Source of the DNA: an uncultured delta proteobacterium
Lineage (GTDB): Bacteria > Myxococcota > Myxococcia > Myxococcales > Anaeromyxobacteraceae
DNA length: 64,000 bases
Assembly: GCA_963766715.1 (NCBI GenBank)
Contig: CAVYBH010000015.1
Location: 256,001-320,000 of the forward strand
Direction of reading: 5' to 3'
The translations under genes were made by a program, and so were the position numbers. Shown here one piece after another: positions 1 to 11,094 of the stretch; within the stretch, counting starts at the first letter, position 1, and every line of letters begins with the position of its first letter. The notes beneath the pieces are model-generated. The model was not told where the DNA came from. It made no database searches and saw only the letters and a list, made by a program, of their open reading frames with translations.

Positions 1-2
1 TC

Positions 3-98
3 GTGAACGACCTGCGCGCGCGGCGGGCCATCTACCACCAGGCGGCGGCGCCCTTCATCGAGGCGGCGCGCCACCTCCTCGACGAGCCGTCGGCGTAG
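3..98 (+). CDS. 3' end of a gene truncated by the window edge, product unknown
   Basis: Open frame VNDLRARRAIYHQAAAPFIEAARHLLDEPSA* with GC3-rich codons, TAG at 96-98. Confidence 0.5.
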   Translation: MNDLRARRAIYHQAAAPFIEAARHLLDEPSA

Positions 99-702
99 GG
101 CCCTGGCCCTTTCGGGCCAGGCCGCGCTCCCGCCGGCGGGCGAGCAGCACCCAGATCGCGGCGCCCGCCGTGACGGCGACCGCCAGCGCCAGCTCGACCC
201 AGTGCAGGTCCCGCTTCAGCTGCTCGACGTGGCCGGCGAAGTACCAGCCCAGCCCCACCACCAGCGGCACCGACGCGAGCGCCGAGAGGCCGTCGGCCAG
301 CAGGAAGGTCGCGCTCCGCACGCCCGAGGCCCCGGCCAGCGCGAAGACCGGCAGGCGCAGCCCCGAGGCGTGGCGGGCGGCCACGATGGTGAGCAGCGCG
401 TGGCGCGCGAAGTGGCGCTCGATGAAGGCCCGGCGCCCGGGGGTGAGGACGCGGGCCACGTGGCGCGACTCGAGGAACCGGGGACCGTGCCGGCGGCCGA
501 GCCGGAAGAGCAGGTAGTCCCCGGCGACGATGCCGACCCAGGCCACGGCGGCGGCGGGGACGAGGGAGAGGATGCCGCGCCGCGCCAGGTATCCGGCCGT
601 CAGCTGGACGAGCTCCTCGGGCACCGGCACCCCGAGCCCGCCGGCCACCAGCAGGCCGAGGATGGCCGCATACGTGAAATGGGCGAGGAGGTCCTGGACC
701 AT
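55..702 (-). CDS. DedA family membrane protein
   Basis: GLGVPVPEE, GDYLLFRLGR and ARHASGLR motifs typical of DedA/SNARE-associated proteins; start placed at MVQDLL. Confidence 0.9.
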   Translation of the reverse strand: MVQDLLAHFTYAAILGLLVAGGLGVPVPEELVQLTAGYLARRGILSLVPAAAVAWVGIVAGDYLLFRLGRRHGPRFLESRHVARVLTPGRRAFIERHFARHALLTIVAARHASGLRLPVFALAGASGVRSATFLLADGLSALASVPLVVGLGWYFAGHVEQLKRDLHWVELALAVAVTAGAAIWVLLARRRERGLARKGQGPTPTARRGGGAPPR

Positions 703-760
703 GGAGGAGCCTTCCGGCGAGCCTCGCTTGACGGCTCCCGGAACGCTATCATGCCGAGCC

Positions 761-1957
761 ATGTCCATCCCCGCCCCCACCGTCGGAGAGCTCGCTCCTT
801 CCGTCCGCCTCCTGCTCGGCCCCGGCCCGAGTCCCGTCCACCCGCGCGTCTACCGCGCCATGACCACCCCGCAGCTCGGCCACCTCGATCCCCAGTTCCT
901 CGGGATCATGAACGAGGTGCAGGCCCAGCTCCGCTACGCCTTCCAGACGACGAACCCCTTCACCATCGCCGTGTCCGGAACCGGATCGGCGGGCATGGAG
1001 GCCGCGCTCGTGAACGTGGTCGAGCCCGGCGACACGGTGATCATCTGCGCCGCCGGCGTCTTCGGAAACCGCATGGCCGACATCGTCGGGCGGGCCGGAG
1101 GCAAGCTGGTGAAGCTCGAGGTCCCCTGGGGCCAGGTCTTCCCGCACGCCGCCATCGAGGAGGCCCTGAAGAAGCACGCTCCCGTGAAGGCGGTGGGCAT
1201 CGTCCACGCCGAGACCTCCACCGGCGCCCAGCAGCCCATGGACGGCCTCGGCAAGCTCTGCCACGCGCACGGCGCCCTGCTGGTGGTCGACACCGTCACC
1301 TCGCTGGGCGGCATCCCGGTGAACGTCGATGCGTGGGAGGCCGACGCCGTCTACTCCGGCACGCAGAAGTGCCTCTCCTGCCCGCCGGGCCTGGCCCCGT
1401 TCACCCTCTCGCCCCGCGCGCTGGACGTGGTGCGGGCGCGCAAGACCAAGGTCCAGTCCTGGTACCTGGACGCCGGGATGGTGGCCGACTACTGGGCGGA
1501 GGGGAAGCGCGTCTACCACCACACCGCGCCCATCACCATGGTCTATGCGCTGCGCGAGGCGCTCCGCCTCGTCGCCGAGGAGGGGCTCGAGGCCCGCTTC
1601 GCGCGCCACCAGAGGAACAGCGCCGCCCTCATCGCCGGCTTCGCGGCCCTGGGGGCGAAGCCCCTCTCCAAGGACGGCGAGCGGCTGCCCTCGCTCAACG
1701 CGGTGACGCCGCCCGAGGGCGTCGACGAGGCCGCGGTGCGCAAGTACTTGCTCAACGACCACGACATCGAGATCGGCGGCGGCCTCGGCCCGCTCGCCGG
1801 CAAGCTCTGGCGCATCGGCCTCATGGGGTTCGGATCGAGCCAGGCCAACGTGCTCGCCGTCCTCTCGGCCATCGAGCAGGGCATGAAGAAGCAGGGCAAG
1901 GCGGTCGCCCCGGGCGCCGCGGCCGCCGCCGCGCTGCGCGTCTACGAAGCCGCATGA
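761..1957 (+). CDS. Alanine:glyoxylate / serine:pyruvate aminotransferase (class V PLP)
   Basis: LLLGPGPS, SGTGSAGME, VHAETSTG, DTVTSLGG, SGTQKCLSCPPG (PLP lysine), YHHTAP. Confidence 0.92.
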   Translation: MSIPAPTVGELAPSVRLLLGPGPSPVHPRVYRAMTTPQLGHLDPQFLGIMNEVQAQLRYAFQTTNPFTIAVSGTGSAGMEAALVNVVEPGDTVIICAAGVFGNRMADIVGRAGGKLVKLEVPWGQVFPHAAIEEALKKHAPVKAVGIVHAETSTGAQQPMDGLGKLCHAHGALLVVDTVTSLGGIPVNVDAWEADAVYSGTQKCLSCPPGLAPFTLSPRALDVVRARKTKVQSWYLDAGMVADYWAEGKRVYHHTAPITMVYALREALRLVAEEGLEARFARHQRNSAALIAGFAALGAKPLSKDGERLPSLNAVTPPEGVDEAAVRKYLLNDHDIEIGGGLGPLAGKLWRIGLMGFGSSQANVLAVLSAIEQGMKKQGKAVAPGAAAAAALRVYEAA

Positions 1958-1970
1958 CGAGGAACGACAC

Positions 1971-3437
1971 GTGAGCGCCCGCGCCTCCCTCGCCGATCTC
2001 GCCAGCCGCATGGCGGCGGTGGTGGGGGCGCGCAACTGCTTCTCGTCGGGGCCCGACCTCCTCACCTACGAGTGCGACGGGCTCACCCACGGGCGAACCC
2101 GGCCCGACCTGGTCGTGCTGCCCGGCTCCACCGAGGAGGTGGCCGCGGTGGTCCGCCTGGCGCGCGCCGCGGGACACCCCATCGTCCCGCGCGGCTCGGG
2201 CACCGGCCTCTCCGGAGGCGCCCGGCCGGTCCCCGGCTCGGTGGTGGTGGCGCTCTCCCGGATGCGCCGCATCCTCGAGACGAACCTCGAGGACGGCTGG
2301 ATCCGCGTCGAGCCGGGCGTCCTCAACCTGGACGTGACGAAGTCGGTGTCGGGCGCCGGCTACTACTACGCCCCCGACCCCTCGTCGCAGAGCATCTGCT
2401 CCATCGGCGGGAACGTCGCCGAGAACTCGGGCGGCGCCCACTGCCTCAAGTACGGCTTCACCGTGAACCACGTGCTGGGCGCCCGCGTCGTGCTGCACGA
2501 CGGGCGCGTCGTCGACATCGGCGGACCGGCGCTCGACTCGCCCGGGCACGACCTGCTCGCGGCGCTGGTGGGCAGCGAGGGGATGCTGGGCATCGTCACC
2601 GAGGTGACGCTGCGGCTGCTCCGCAAGCCGGAGGCCACCCGGACGTTCTTCGCCACCTTCCCCTCCACCGACGAGGGGGGCGAGGCGGTCTCGCGCATCA
2701 TCGCCGCGGGCATCCTCCCCGCCGCCATCGAGATGATGGACCGGCTCGCCATCGTGGCCGCCAAGGCCGCCACCGGGCTCGACTGGCCCGACGTGGGCGC
2801 GGCGCTGCTCATGGACGCCGACGGGCCGGCGGCCGAGGTGGAGGACCTCTCCGCCCGCGCCGTCCGCATCGCCCGGGAGGCGGGAGCGCTCGAGCTGCGG
2901 CTCCCGCGGAGCGAGGCCGAGCGGCAGCTCATGTGGAAGGGGCGCAAGAGCGCCTTCGCCGCGGTGGGGCGCATCTCGCCCAACTACCTGGTGGAGGACG
3001 GCACCATCCCCCGCTCCGAGATCGCACCCGTGCTGCGCGAGATCGAGGGCATGGCGAAGGACCACGGCCTGCGCGTGGCCAACGTCTTCCACGCCGGCGA
3101 CGGCAACCTCCACCCGCTCGTCCTCTACGACGCCCGGGAGAGCGGCCAGGAGGAGCGGGCCGAGCACCTGGGCGGCGAGATCCTGCGCATGTGCGTGCGG
3201 CGCGGCGGCTCCATCACCGGCGAGCACGGCGTGGGCGCCGAGAAGGCCGCCTACATGGCCGACATGTACGGCGAGGCCGACCTCGAGACCATGAAGTGGG
3301 TGCGCGCCGCCTTCGACCCGGCGGAGGCCTTCAACCCGGGCAAGGTCTTCCCCTCGCTGCGGCTGTGCGGCGAGAAGCCCGGTCCCGGCGGCGTGGAGCA
3401 CCCCGCCGTGCGATCCGGCGAGGTGCAGCGATGGTGA
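1971..3437 (+). CDS. glcD: Glycolate oxidase FAD-linked subunit GlcD
   Basis: [53 protein letters not shown]; first gene of a glcDEF-type trio. Confidence 0.9.
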   Translation: MSARASLADLASRMAAVVGARNCFSSGPDLLTYECDGLTHGRTRPDLVVLPGSTEEVAAVVRLARAAGHPIVPRGSGTGLSGGARPVPGSVVVALSRMRRILETNLEDGWIRVEPGVLNLDVTKSVSGAGYYYAPDPSSQSICSIGGNVAENSGGAHCLKYGFTVNHVLGARVVLHDGRVVDIGGPALDSPGHDLLAALVGSEGMLGIVTEVTLRLLRKPEATRTFFATFPSTDEGGEAVSRIIAAGILPAAIEMMDRLAIVAAKAATGLDWPDVGAALLMDADGPAAEVEDLSARAVRIAREAGALELRLPRSEAERQLMWKGRKSAFAAVGRISPNYLVEDGTIPRSEIAPVLREIEGMAKDHGLRVANVFHAGDGNLHPLVLYDARESGQEERAEHLGGEILRMCVRRGGSITGEHGVGAEKAAYMADMYGEADLETMKWVRAAFDPAEAFNPGKVFPSLRLCGEKPGPGGVEHPAVRSGEVQRW

Positions 3438-4672
3438 CGCCCGGACGCCCCGGGACCCCGGCCGACGCCGTCCAGGGCGTGGTCCCGGGCCTCGTCCTCG
3501 AGCCGGCCACGGTCGAGGAGGCGGTCGAGGCCATGGCCCGCGCGGCCGCCGAGAGGAAGGCGCTCGCCTTCGTGGGCGGCGGCACCGACCTGGGCCTGGG
3601 CAGCCGCCCGTCGCGCCTCGACGCGGTGATCCGGACCGGCGCCCTGTCGCGGCTGGTCGACCACGCGCCCGCCGACCAGGTGGTCACCGCCGAGGCCGGC
3701 ATGACGCTCTCCGCGCTCGCCGAGGTGCTCGCCCGCCACGGCCAGCGGCTCGCCCTCGACGCGCCTTACCCGGGCCGGGCCACCGTGGGGGGCGTGGTGG
3801 CGGCCAACGCCTTCGGCCCGCGGCGGGCCCGCTACGGCGCCGCCCGCGACCTCGTCCTGGGCGTCGCCCTCGTCCGCGCCGACGGGACGGCCGTGCGCGG
3901 AGGCTCCAAGGTGGTGAAGAACGTGGCCGGCTTCGACCTGCCGCGCCTCATGGTGGGCTCGCTCGGGACGCTCGCGTTGCTCACCCAGGTGACCTTCCGC
4001 CTGCACCCGCTCCCGGAGACCGCGGGCACGGTGCTCTTCCCGGGGCTCGACGCCGGCCAGGCCTGGTCGCTGGCCTCCGGCTGGCGGGCGGCGCAGCTCG
4101 AGCCCACCTCCTCGGCGGGGATCTTCGCCTCGGACCGGCTCGACCTGGGGGTCCGCTTCGAGGGGTTCGAGGCCGGCGTGGCCGACCAGGCGACGCGGCT
4201 CCTCGAGCTGGGGCGGAAGGCCGGGCTCTCCGGCGAGCGGCTCGACGCCGCCGGGGCCGAGGCCTTCTGGCGCCGGCACGACGCGGTCCGGGAGCTCGGT
4301 TCGCTGCGGGTGAAGGTCACCGCGCCCCCCTCGCGCCTCCCCGACATGGCGCGGGGCTGGCTCCCGCTGGTCCTCTCCGAGCTCTCCCCGTCGTCCGCGG
4401 TCGTCTACCCCACGCTGGGCATCGGCTTCGCCTCCGGCGAGCCCGCCTCCCCCGCCTCCCCGGCCGGCCTGGCCGCGGCGCTGCGCGAGGCCAGGGTCGC
4501 GGCGGCGGCGACGGGCGGGGCCCTCGTCCTCTGCGAGGCCCCCGTCGCGGTCCGGGGGGCGTTCGACCCCTGGGGCGCGGCGCCCGCGTCCATCGACCTC
4601 ATGCGCGCGCTGAAGGAGCGCTTCGACCCCGATCGCCGGCTCGCGCCCGGCCGCTTCGTGGGGGGGATCTGA
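3431..4672 (+). CDS. glcE: Glycolate oxidase FAD-binding subunit GlcE
   Basis: [30 protein letters not shown]-terminal LKERFDP; overlaps glcD and glcF. Confidence 0.88.
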   Translation: MVTPGRPGTPADAVQGVVPGLVLEPATVEEAVEAMARAAAERKALAFVGGGTDLGLGSRPSRLDAVIRTGALSRLVDHAPADQVVTAEAGMTLSALAEVLARHGQRLALDAPYPGRATVGGVVAANAFGPRRARYGAARDLVLGVALVRADGTAVRGGSKVVKNVAGFDLPRLMVGSLGTLALLTQVTFRLHPLPETAGTVLFPGLDAGQAWSLASGWRAAQLEPTSSAGIFASDRLDLGVRFEGFEAGVADQATRLLELGRKAGLSGERLDAAGAEAFWRRHDAVRELGSLRVKVTAPPSRLPDMARGWLPLVLSELSPSSAVVYPTLGIGFASGEPASPASPAGLAAALREARVAAAATGGALVLCEAPVAVRGAFDPWGAAPASIDLMRALKERFDPDRRLAPGRFVGGI

Positions 4673-5949
4673 TGTCCGGCCGCCACCCCGCCCTCGACTG
4701 CGTCCACTGTGGATTCTGCCTCCCCGTCTGCCCGACCTGGGTGGCGTGGGGCCGCGAGCCCGACTCGCCGCGCGGCCGCATCGAGATCGCGAAGGCCATG
4801 CTGGACGGGGCGACGCCCACGCCGGACATGGTGCAGCACCTCGACTCCTGCCTCGGCTGCATGGCCTGCCTGGCGGCCTGCCCGTCGGGCGTCCGCTACG
4901 ACGTGGTCATCGAGGAGGCCCGCGCGAAGGTCGAGGCGGCGCACGTTCGAACGAGCGCCGACGCGAGCCGGCGCTCCGCCATCTTCTCCCTCTTCCCCTA
5001 CCCCGGCCGCCTGCGGGTGGCGGCGGTGTTCCTCTGGCTGTGGCAGGTGACCGGCCTGCGCTGGCTCACCCGGGCCACCGGGCTCACGCGCCTCCTCCCC
5101 TTCCTGGGGCGGCTCGACTCGCTCGCCCCGGCCCTGGGCCTCTCCGAGGTGACCTCGCGCCTCCCGGTCGCCACGCTCGCCACCGGCGCGAGACGCGGCC
5201 GGGTGGCGCTGGTGGGCGGCTGCGTGCAGCGGGTCTTCTTCCCCGGCGTGAACGAGTCCACGCTCCGGGTGCTCGCCGCCGAGGGCTTCGAGGTGATCGT
5301 GCCCGCCGGCCAGGGGTGCTGCGGCGCGCTCTCGGTGCACGCCGGCCGCGACGAGGAGGCCAGGGCGATGACCCGGGCGCTCGTCGAGCACCTCGAGGCG
5401 TCCGGCGCCGACACCTTCCTCGTGAACGCCGCCGGCTGCGGCTCCCACCTGAAGGACCTGGCGCACCTGTTCCGCGACGACCCGGCCTGGCGCGATCGGG
5501 CCGTGGCCTTCTCCGGGAAGGTGAAGGACGTCACCGAGTTCCTGGCCGCGGTGACCGCGCGCGCCGAGCGCCACCCCATTCCAGCCCGGGTCGCCTATCA
5601 CTCTCCGTGTCACCTGGGCCACGCCCAGGGCATCCAGGACCCGCCCCGGGCGCTCCTCCGCGCCATCCCGGGGCTGGAGCTCGTCGAGGTCCCCGAGGGC
5701 GACCAGTGCTGCGGCAGCGCCGGCATCTACAACCTCACCCAGGTCGAGGCCGCCGACGAGCTGGGGGCGCGAAAGGCCGCGAACGTGCTCGCCACGAAGG
5801 CTCCCTTCCTGGCGAGCGCCAACCCGGGCTGCACCCTTCAAGTCCTGCGGGTCCTTCGCGAGAAGGGCGCCTCGATCCAGGCCGCCCACCCCATCGAGAT
5901 CCTCGACGCGTCGATCCAGGGGAAGCCCTTCCCGCACGGGCGTTCCTGA
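4672..5949 (+). CDS. glcF: Glycolate oxidase iron-sulfur subunit GlcF
   Basis: Two 4Fe-4S motifs (CVHCGFCLPVCP, CLGCMACLAACP) and two CCG domains (CCGAL, CCGSAG, ANPGC). Confidence 0.9.
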   Translation: MSGRHPALDCVHCGFCLPVCPTWVAWGREPDSPRGRIEIAKAMLDGATPTPDMVQHLDSCLGCMACLAACPSGVRYDVVIEEARAKVEAAHVRTSADASRRSAIFSLFPYPGRLRVAAVFLWLWQVTGLRWLTRATGLTRLLPFLGRLDSLAPALGLSEVTSRLPVATLATGARRGRVALVGGCVQRVFFPGVNESTLRVLAAEGFEVIVPAGQGCCGALSVHAGRDEEARAMTRALVEHLEASGADTFLVNAAGCGSHLKDLAHLFRDDPAWRDRAVAFSGKVKDVTEFLAAVTARAERHPIPARVAYHSPCHLGHAQGIQDPPRALLRAIPGLELVEVPEGDQCCGSAGIYNLTQVEAADELGARKAANVLATKAPFLASANPGCTLQVLRVLREKGASIQAAHPIEILDASIQGKPFPHGRS

Positions 5950-6023
5950 TCCTCCTCCTCCCCGTGCCGCGCCCGCCCTCCCCGGATAGATCCCGGGGAG
6001 TCGCCGCTCGAAAGGAGCACCAC

Positions 6024-6431
6024 GTGAAGCTCTTCCTCGCCGCCTTGATCCTCTCCTCCGCCCTCCCTGCCCTGGCCCAGGCGCCGGCTGCTCCGGCAGC
6101 GCCCGCACCGTCCGCCGCCGCCCCGGCGGTGAAGCCCGGGAAGGTCGACGGCGCGACCGCCAAGGCCCTCGTCGCCGCCGGCGCGAAGGTGGTGGACGTC
6201 CGCACGCCGGACGAGTTCGCCTACGGGCACGTGCCGGGCGCCCTCAACATCCCGTTCGACGAGATCGGGAAGCGCACCGCCGAGATCGGGCCGGCCTCCA
6301 CGCCGGTGGTGCTCTACTGCCGCTCGGGACACCGCAGCGGCATCGCCGTGGAGACGCTCTCCAAGGCCGGGTACGGGAAGCTCTACGACCTCCAGAGCGT
6401 GACCCACTGGCCGGGGCCGCTCGCGAAGTGA
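6024..6431 (+). CDS. Secreted single-domain rhodanese-like protein
   Basis: AAGGAG RBS, GTG start, signal peptide, Ala/Pro linker, VDVRTPDEF..GHVPGALNIP, active loop YCRSGHRS. Confidence 0.85.
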   Translation: MKLFLAALILSSALPALAQAPAAPAAPAPSAAAPAVKPGKVDGATAKALVAAGAKVVDVRTPDEFAYGHVPGALNIPFDEIGKRTAEIGPASTPVVLYCRSGHRSGIAVETLSKAGYGKLYDLQSVTHWPGPLAK

Positions 6432-7301
6432 TCGCCGCCGCCCTCGCCGCGCTGCTCGTCACGGCGCCCCCGGCCGCCGGCGTCCGGCAGGGCACGGTGC
6501 GCGCCGAGGACGGGGTCTCGATCGCCTACGACGTGCGCGGCCAGGGGAAGGTGGCGGTCGTCCTCCTCCACTGCTGGGCCTGCGACCGGGGGTTCTGGCG
6601 CGACCAGGTGGACGTGCTGGCCCGGCGGTACCGGGTGGTGACCATCGACATGGCCGGTCACGGCGACTCGGGCGCGGACCGGGCGCGGTGGACCGTCGCC
6701 GGGCTGGGGGGCGACGTGCAGGCGGTGGTGCTCGCGCTGAAGCTCGACCGGGTGGTGCTGGTGGGCCACTCCATGGGCGGCGCCGTGGCGCTGGACGCCG
6801 CTCGCCGCATGCCGGGCCGCGTGGCCGGGATCGTGGCCGTCGACTCGCTCCACGACGTGGAGAAGCCGGTGCCCCGCGAGACCGCCGAGAAGCTCGCCGC
6901 GCTCTACGAGGAGGACTTCCCGGGCACCATGTCCTCCATGGTCCACCGGATGTTCCCGCCGTCGACCGACCCGGCCATCGTGGAGTTCGTCGTCCGCCGC
7001 GCCTCCGCCGCGCGCCCGGTCCCGGCCGTCGCGCTGCTCCGCGACTACCCCGGCCTCGACCTGGCCCGCTGGATGGAGGCGGCCGGCGTCCCGGTGCGGG
7101 CCATCCAGTCCGGGCCCCCGCTCTCCCCGGTCACGAAGATCGGCACGAACCGCAAGCACGGCAGCTACGACGCGTCCTTCATGGACGGCGTGGGCCACTA
7201 CCCGATGCTGGAGCGCCCGGCCGAGTTCAACCGACGCCTGGAGGCGGCGGTGGCCGAGGTGCTCGCCCTGGCCCCCGCGAAGCCCGTACCCTTCGCGCTA
7301 G
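6428..7301 (+). CDS. Secreted alpha/beta hydrolase (true stop probably displaced by an indel; end approximate)
   Basis: GHSMGG nucleophile elbow, DMAGHG, GVGHYPMLE catalytic His. The fold ends near 7270, and the listed ORF runs on through the opposite-strand ATPase. Confidence 0.75.
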
Positions 7302-7305
7302 GCGC

Positions 7306-9837
7306 CTATCGCTCGCGCAGCCAGGCGGGCCTCACCGCCTTCAGGATCTCGAACCAGGCCAGGCTCCCCAGCCCCACCGCCGCGGCCAGGCCCAGGTCGT
7401 GGAGGTCGACGGTCCCGAAGCGGAAGAGGTTCCGGAAGAACGGGACGGCGAGCGCGAGCGCGAGCGTCGCCACGGCGCCCGCGATCACCGCCCAGGCGGC
7501 CAGGTTGCGGGCGGAGAGGATCGAGAGGACGCTTCCCCGCCAGGTCCGGTTCACCAGGATGAGCCCGGCGTTGCCGGCGATGAGCGTGGTGAAGGCCATG
7601 GCCCGGGCCGACGCGTCCGCCCCGGTGTGGGCGAGCCCGAGGCGGAAGGCGAAGAGCGTGGCGGCGAGCAGGCTGGCGCCCTGCAGGATCGACACGACCA
7701 GCATGCGCCGGTCGAAGAGCGGCGCGTCGACGCGGCGAGGGGGGCGCCGCATGAGGTCCGGGTCGCCGGGCTCGGCCTCGAAGGCCATCGAGCAGGCCGG
7801 ATCGATGATGAGCTCCAGGAAGACGATGTGGACCGGGAAGAGGATCATGGGCCACCCGAGGAGGAGCGGCAGGAGCGCCAGCCCGGCGGTGGGCACGTGC
7901 ACCGCGAGCACGTAGCCCATGGCGCGCCGGAGGTTGTCGTGGATGCGGCGGCCGAGCCGGATCGCGCCGACGATGGAGGTGAAGTCGTCGTCGGTGACGA
8001 TGAGGGCGGCCGCCTCGCGGGCCACGTCGGTGCCGCGCCCGCCCATGGCCACCCCGATGTCGGCCGCCTTGAGCGCCGGCGCGTCGTTCACGCCGTCGCC
8101 GGTCATGGCGACGATCTCCCCGTCGGCCCGCAGCGCCTGCACCAGCTTCAGCTTCTGCTCGGGGACCACGCGGGCGAAGATCTCGGCGCCGCGGACCCGC
8201 GCGGCCAGGTCCTCCGGCGGGAGCGATTCCAGATCCGCGCCCGTCAGGACCTCGGCGGGGTGCAGCCCCACCTGCCGTCCGATGGCGCGGGCGGTGTCGG
8301 GCGAGTCCCCGGTGATCATGACCACGCGCACGCCGGCGCCCTCGCACTCGGCGACGGCCGCCGGCACGCCCGGGCGCACCGGGTCGGCCAGGCCCACCAG
8401 CCCCACCAGCCGGAAGTCGAAGTCGTGCTGCGCCGCCGGGAGCGGACCGTCGACCAGGTCGGCCCGCGCCACCGCCAGCACGCGAAGCCCGTCCGCTCCC
8501 ATCTCCGCGGCGTGCGCCCGCATCTCCGCCGCGGCCGCCGCGTCGAGGTGGCAGAGGTCGGCGATGGCCTCGGCGGCGCCCTTGGCCGCCACCACCCGGA
8601 CGCCTCCCTCGGCGGCGTCCCAGACCTGCGCCATGGCGAGCAGCCCGGGCGAGAGCGGGTACTCCCGGAGCAGCGTCCACCGGTCGTGAACGTGCGGGGT
8701 TCCCTGGAGGGCGGCGGCGGCGAGACGGTGGAAGGCCTGCTCCATGGGGTCGAAGGGATCGCGCTGGCTGGCGAGCAGCCCGAACTCGACCACCTCGTGG
8801 ACCTCCTCCGGGAGGGAGGGCTCGTCGACGACGTGCAGGAAGCCCGGCGACCAGATCCGGGCCACGCCCATGCGGTTCTCGGTGAGCGTGCCGGTCTTGT
8901 CGGTGCAGAGCACGGTGGCGGCGCCGAGCGCCTCCACCGCCGGCAGCCGGCGCGTGAGGACCCGGTTCCGGGAGATGCGCCAGGCCCCCATGGCCATGAA
9001 GATGGTGAGGACGACGGGGAACTCCTCCGGCAGGACCGCCATGGCGAGCGCGATCCCGGCCAGGAAGCCCTGGAGCCACTCGCCGCGGGAGAGGCCGTGG
9101 ATCAGCACCAGCGCGATGCACGCCGTCCCGCCGAGAGCCGCGACGATGCGCACGAGGCGCGAGACCTCGACCTGGAGCGGAGAGCGCCCCAGGTCGATGG
9201 AGGCCAGCGCAGTCCCGATCCGCCCCATCTCCGTGCGCGCCCCGGTGGCCTCGACCACCGCGAGACCGTGCCCCCGGACCACGAGCGTGCCGGCGTAGGC
9301 GAAGGGCAGGTCGTCGCCGCCCGGCCTCGCCAGCGGGGCAGGACCGACCGCGACGCGCTTGCGCACCGGGACCGACTCGCCGGTGAGGAGCGACTCGTCG
9401 GCCTCGACGTGGGTGGCCTCGACGAGGACCGCGTCGGCCGCCACCCGGTCTCCCTCGGCGAGGACGAGCAGGTCGCCTCGGACCACCTCGCGCCCGGGGA
9501 TCCGCACCCGCTCCCCGTCCCGGACGACGAGCGCCCGGGGGCTCGAGAGGTCGCGCAGCGCGGCCAGCGCCCGCTCGGTCTTCCGCTCCTGCACGAGCGT
9601 GATCCCCACGACCACGAGGGCGGAGAAGAGGAGCGCGAGCGCCTCCTCGGTGTCCCCGAGCAGGAGGTAGACCCCGCCCGCCGCGAGCAGCAGGGCGAGC
9701 ATCGGCTCCTTCACGACGTCGGCGACGGCGCGGAGGATCCCGCGGGGCGCGTCCCGGGACAGCTCGTTCGGCCCGTCGGCGGCGAGGCGAGCCGCCGCCT
9801 CGGCCCCGGTGAGCCCCCTCTCCCCCGGCGCGCCCAT
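7306..9837 (-). CDS. Cation-translocating P-type ATPase (type II, Ca2+-like)
   Basis: LTGES, PEEFP, DKTGTLT, MITGD, TGDGVNDAPALK. Confidence 0.95.
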   Translation of the reverse strand: MGAPGERGLTGAEAAARLAADGPNELSRDAPRGILRAVADVVKEPMLALLLAAGGVYLLLGDTEEALALLFSALVVVGITLVQERKTERALAALRDLSSPRALVVRDGERVRIPGREVVRGDLLVLAEGDRVAADAVLVEATHVEADESLLTGESVPVRKRVAVGPAPLARPGGDDLPFAYAGTLVVRGHGLAVVEATGARTEMGRIGTALASIDLGRSPLQVEVSRLVRIVAALGGTACIALVLIHGLSRGEWLQGFLAGIALAMAVLPEEFPVVLTIFMAMGAWRISRNRVLTRRLPAVEALGAATVLCTDKTGTLTENRMGVARIWSPGFLHVVDEPSLPEEVHEVVEFGLLASQRDPFDPMEQAFHRLAAAALQGTPHVHDRWTLLREYPLSPGLLAMAQVWDAAEGGVRVVAAKGAAEAIADLCHLDAAAAAEMRAHAAEMGADGLRVLAVARADLVDGPLPAAQHDFDFRLVGLVGLADPVRPGVPAAVAECEGAGVRVVMITGDSPDTARAIGRQVGLHPAEVLTGADLESLPPEDLAARVRGAEIFARVVPEQKLKLVQALRADGEIVAMTGDGVNDAPALKAADIGVAMGGRGTDVAREAAALIVTDDDFTSIVGAIRLGRRIHDNLRRAMGYVLAVHVPTAGLALLPLLLGWPMILFPVHIVFLELIIDPACSMAFEAEPGDPDLMRRPPRRVDAPLFDRRMLVVSILQGASLLAATLFAFRLGLAHTGADASARAMAFTTLIAGNAGLILVNRTWRGSVLSILSARNLAAWAVIAGAVATLALALAVPFFRNLFRFGTVDLHDLGLAAAVGLGSLAWFEILKAVRPAWLRER

Positions 9838-9878
9838 GCATCGAGCCTACGCCTCGGCGGCGCGAGGAGAAGCCCCGT

Positions 9879-10580
9879 TCAGCGCTCGGCCCGGATGGGC
9901 ACTCCCTGGGCGCGGTAGGCGACGTACTCCCCCTCCGGGGTCTGCCAGCTCGCCTCGAGCCGCGTGGGCAGGCGCAATCCCTCCCACAGGACGGGTTCGC
10001 CCATGCGACCCGACCAGGGGCGTTCGATGAACTTTCTCCCATGAAGGGCGGGGCGCACCGCCCGCATGGCGACCGGGTCGCCCTCGCCGCCCATCTCCAG
10101 CTCCACCGTGGCCCCGCCGGGGCCGCCGGAGTCCCGGAGGCGCAGCCAGCGACCGCCCGCCGAGGAGGCCTCGAGGCGGGGATGGAGGAGCAGCGCGACC
10201 GGGCAGCGCCCCAGGTCGGCGAGGTAGCGCTGGACCTGGCCGCGGTCCATCTCCGGCCCCTCCACGCGGGCCACCGGCACGAGCCCGGCGGCGCGGGCCG
10301 TCGACCAGCCGTGGCCGTCGTCGCAGGCGTCGGTGACCGCGGTCCGGCCGAGGAGCCCGGTGGCCAGCATGGCCTCCCAGCGGAACGAGGTTCGCGCGGC
10401 CTCGGTCCGGTGACGGGCAGTGAAGGGGATCCAGCGGGCCCGGGGAGCGCTGCGGAGCTCCCCCTTCTCGGTCCACTCGACGGCGCGGATCGCGCGCGCG
10501 GCCTCCTCCCCGCCGGGGAAGGCCCGGGCGCGCCAGGCGGCCAGCAGGGACTCGGCGGCGGGGTCGAGGGCCAGCATCAC
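9879..10580 (-). CDS. Conserved hypothetical protein (DUF6544-like)
   Basis: GELR...WIPFTA...F.W.A, QRYLADL and P..LEASW patterns as recalled for this family; directly downstream of bfr. Confidence 0.55.
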   Translation of the reverse strand: MMLALDPAAESLLAAWRARAFPGGEEAARAIRAVEWTEKGELRSAPRARWIPFTARHRTEAARTSFRWEAMLATGLLGRTAVTDACDDGHGWSTARAAGLVPVARVEGPEMDRGQVQRYLADLGRCPVALLLHPRLEASSAGGRWLRLRDSGGPGGATVELEMGGEGDPVAMRAVRPALHGRKFIERPWSGRMGEPVLWEGLRLPTRLEASWQTPEGEYVAYRAQGVPIRAER

Positions 10581-10598
10581 GCCGGCAGCCTACCTCGA

Positions 10599-11078
10599 CT
10601 ACTCCTCCTCTTCCTTCATCTGCTGGGCGAGGTAGTTCTGCTCCCCCACCTGGGCCACCAGCGTGAGCTGGGCCTCCAGCCAGTCGGCGTGCTCCTCCTC
10701 GTCGACCAGGATCTCCTCGAGGAGCTCGGCGGTGCCGTTGTCGCCCTTGTCGCGGCAGAGGGCGATGCCGGCGTTGAGCACCGGGATGGCGCGCTTCTCG
10801 AGGGCGAGGTCGCTCTTCAGCTGCTCGACCACGGTCTCGCCGATCTCGAGCTTGCCGAGCTTCTGGAGGTTGGGCAGGCCGTCCAGGTAGAGGATGCGCT
10901 GGATCACCTGGTCGGCGTGCTTCATCTCGTCGATCGACTCGGCGCGGACCTTCTTCCAGAGCCGCTCGTAGCCCCAGTTCTCGCACATGCGCGCGTGCAG
11001 GAAGTACTGGTTGATGGCGGTGAGCTCGTTCGTGAGCACGTCGTTCAGGAGCGCGAGGACCTTGACGTCACCCTTCAT
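10599..11078 (-). CDS. bfr: Bacterioferritin
   Basis: MKGD..V...[26 protein letters not shown] (heme-ligand Met present), [10 protein letters not shown]. Confidence 0.97.
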   Translation of the reverse strand: MKGDVKVLALLNDVLTNELTAINQYFLHARMCENWGYERLWKKVRAESIDEMKHADQVIQRILYLDGLPNLQKLGKLEIGETVVEQLKSDLALEKRAIPVLNAGIALCRDKGDNGTAELLEEILVDEEEHADWLEAQLTLVAQVGEQNYLAQQMKEEEE

Positions 11079-11094
11079 GGTGTTCCTCCTCCGA

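Noticed and set aside
6428..7915. Hydrolase with a long C-terminal extension overlapping the ATPase
   Set aside because: The extension is the antisense shadow of the P-type ATPase, and the hydrolase fold is complete by ~7270.
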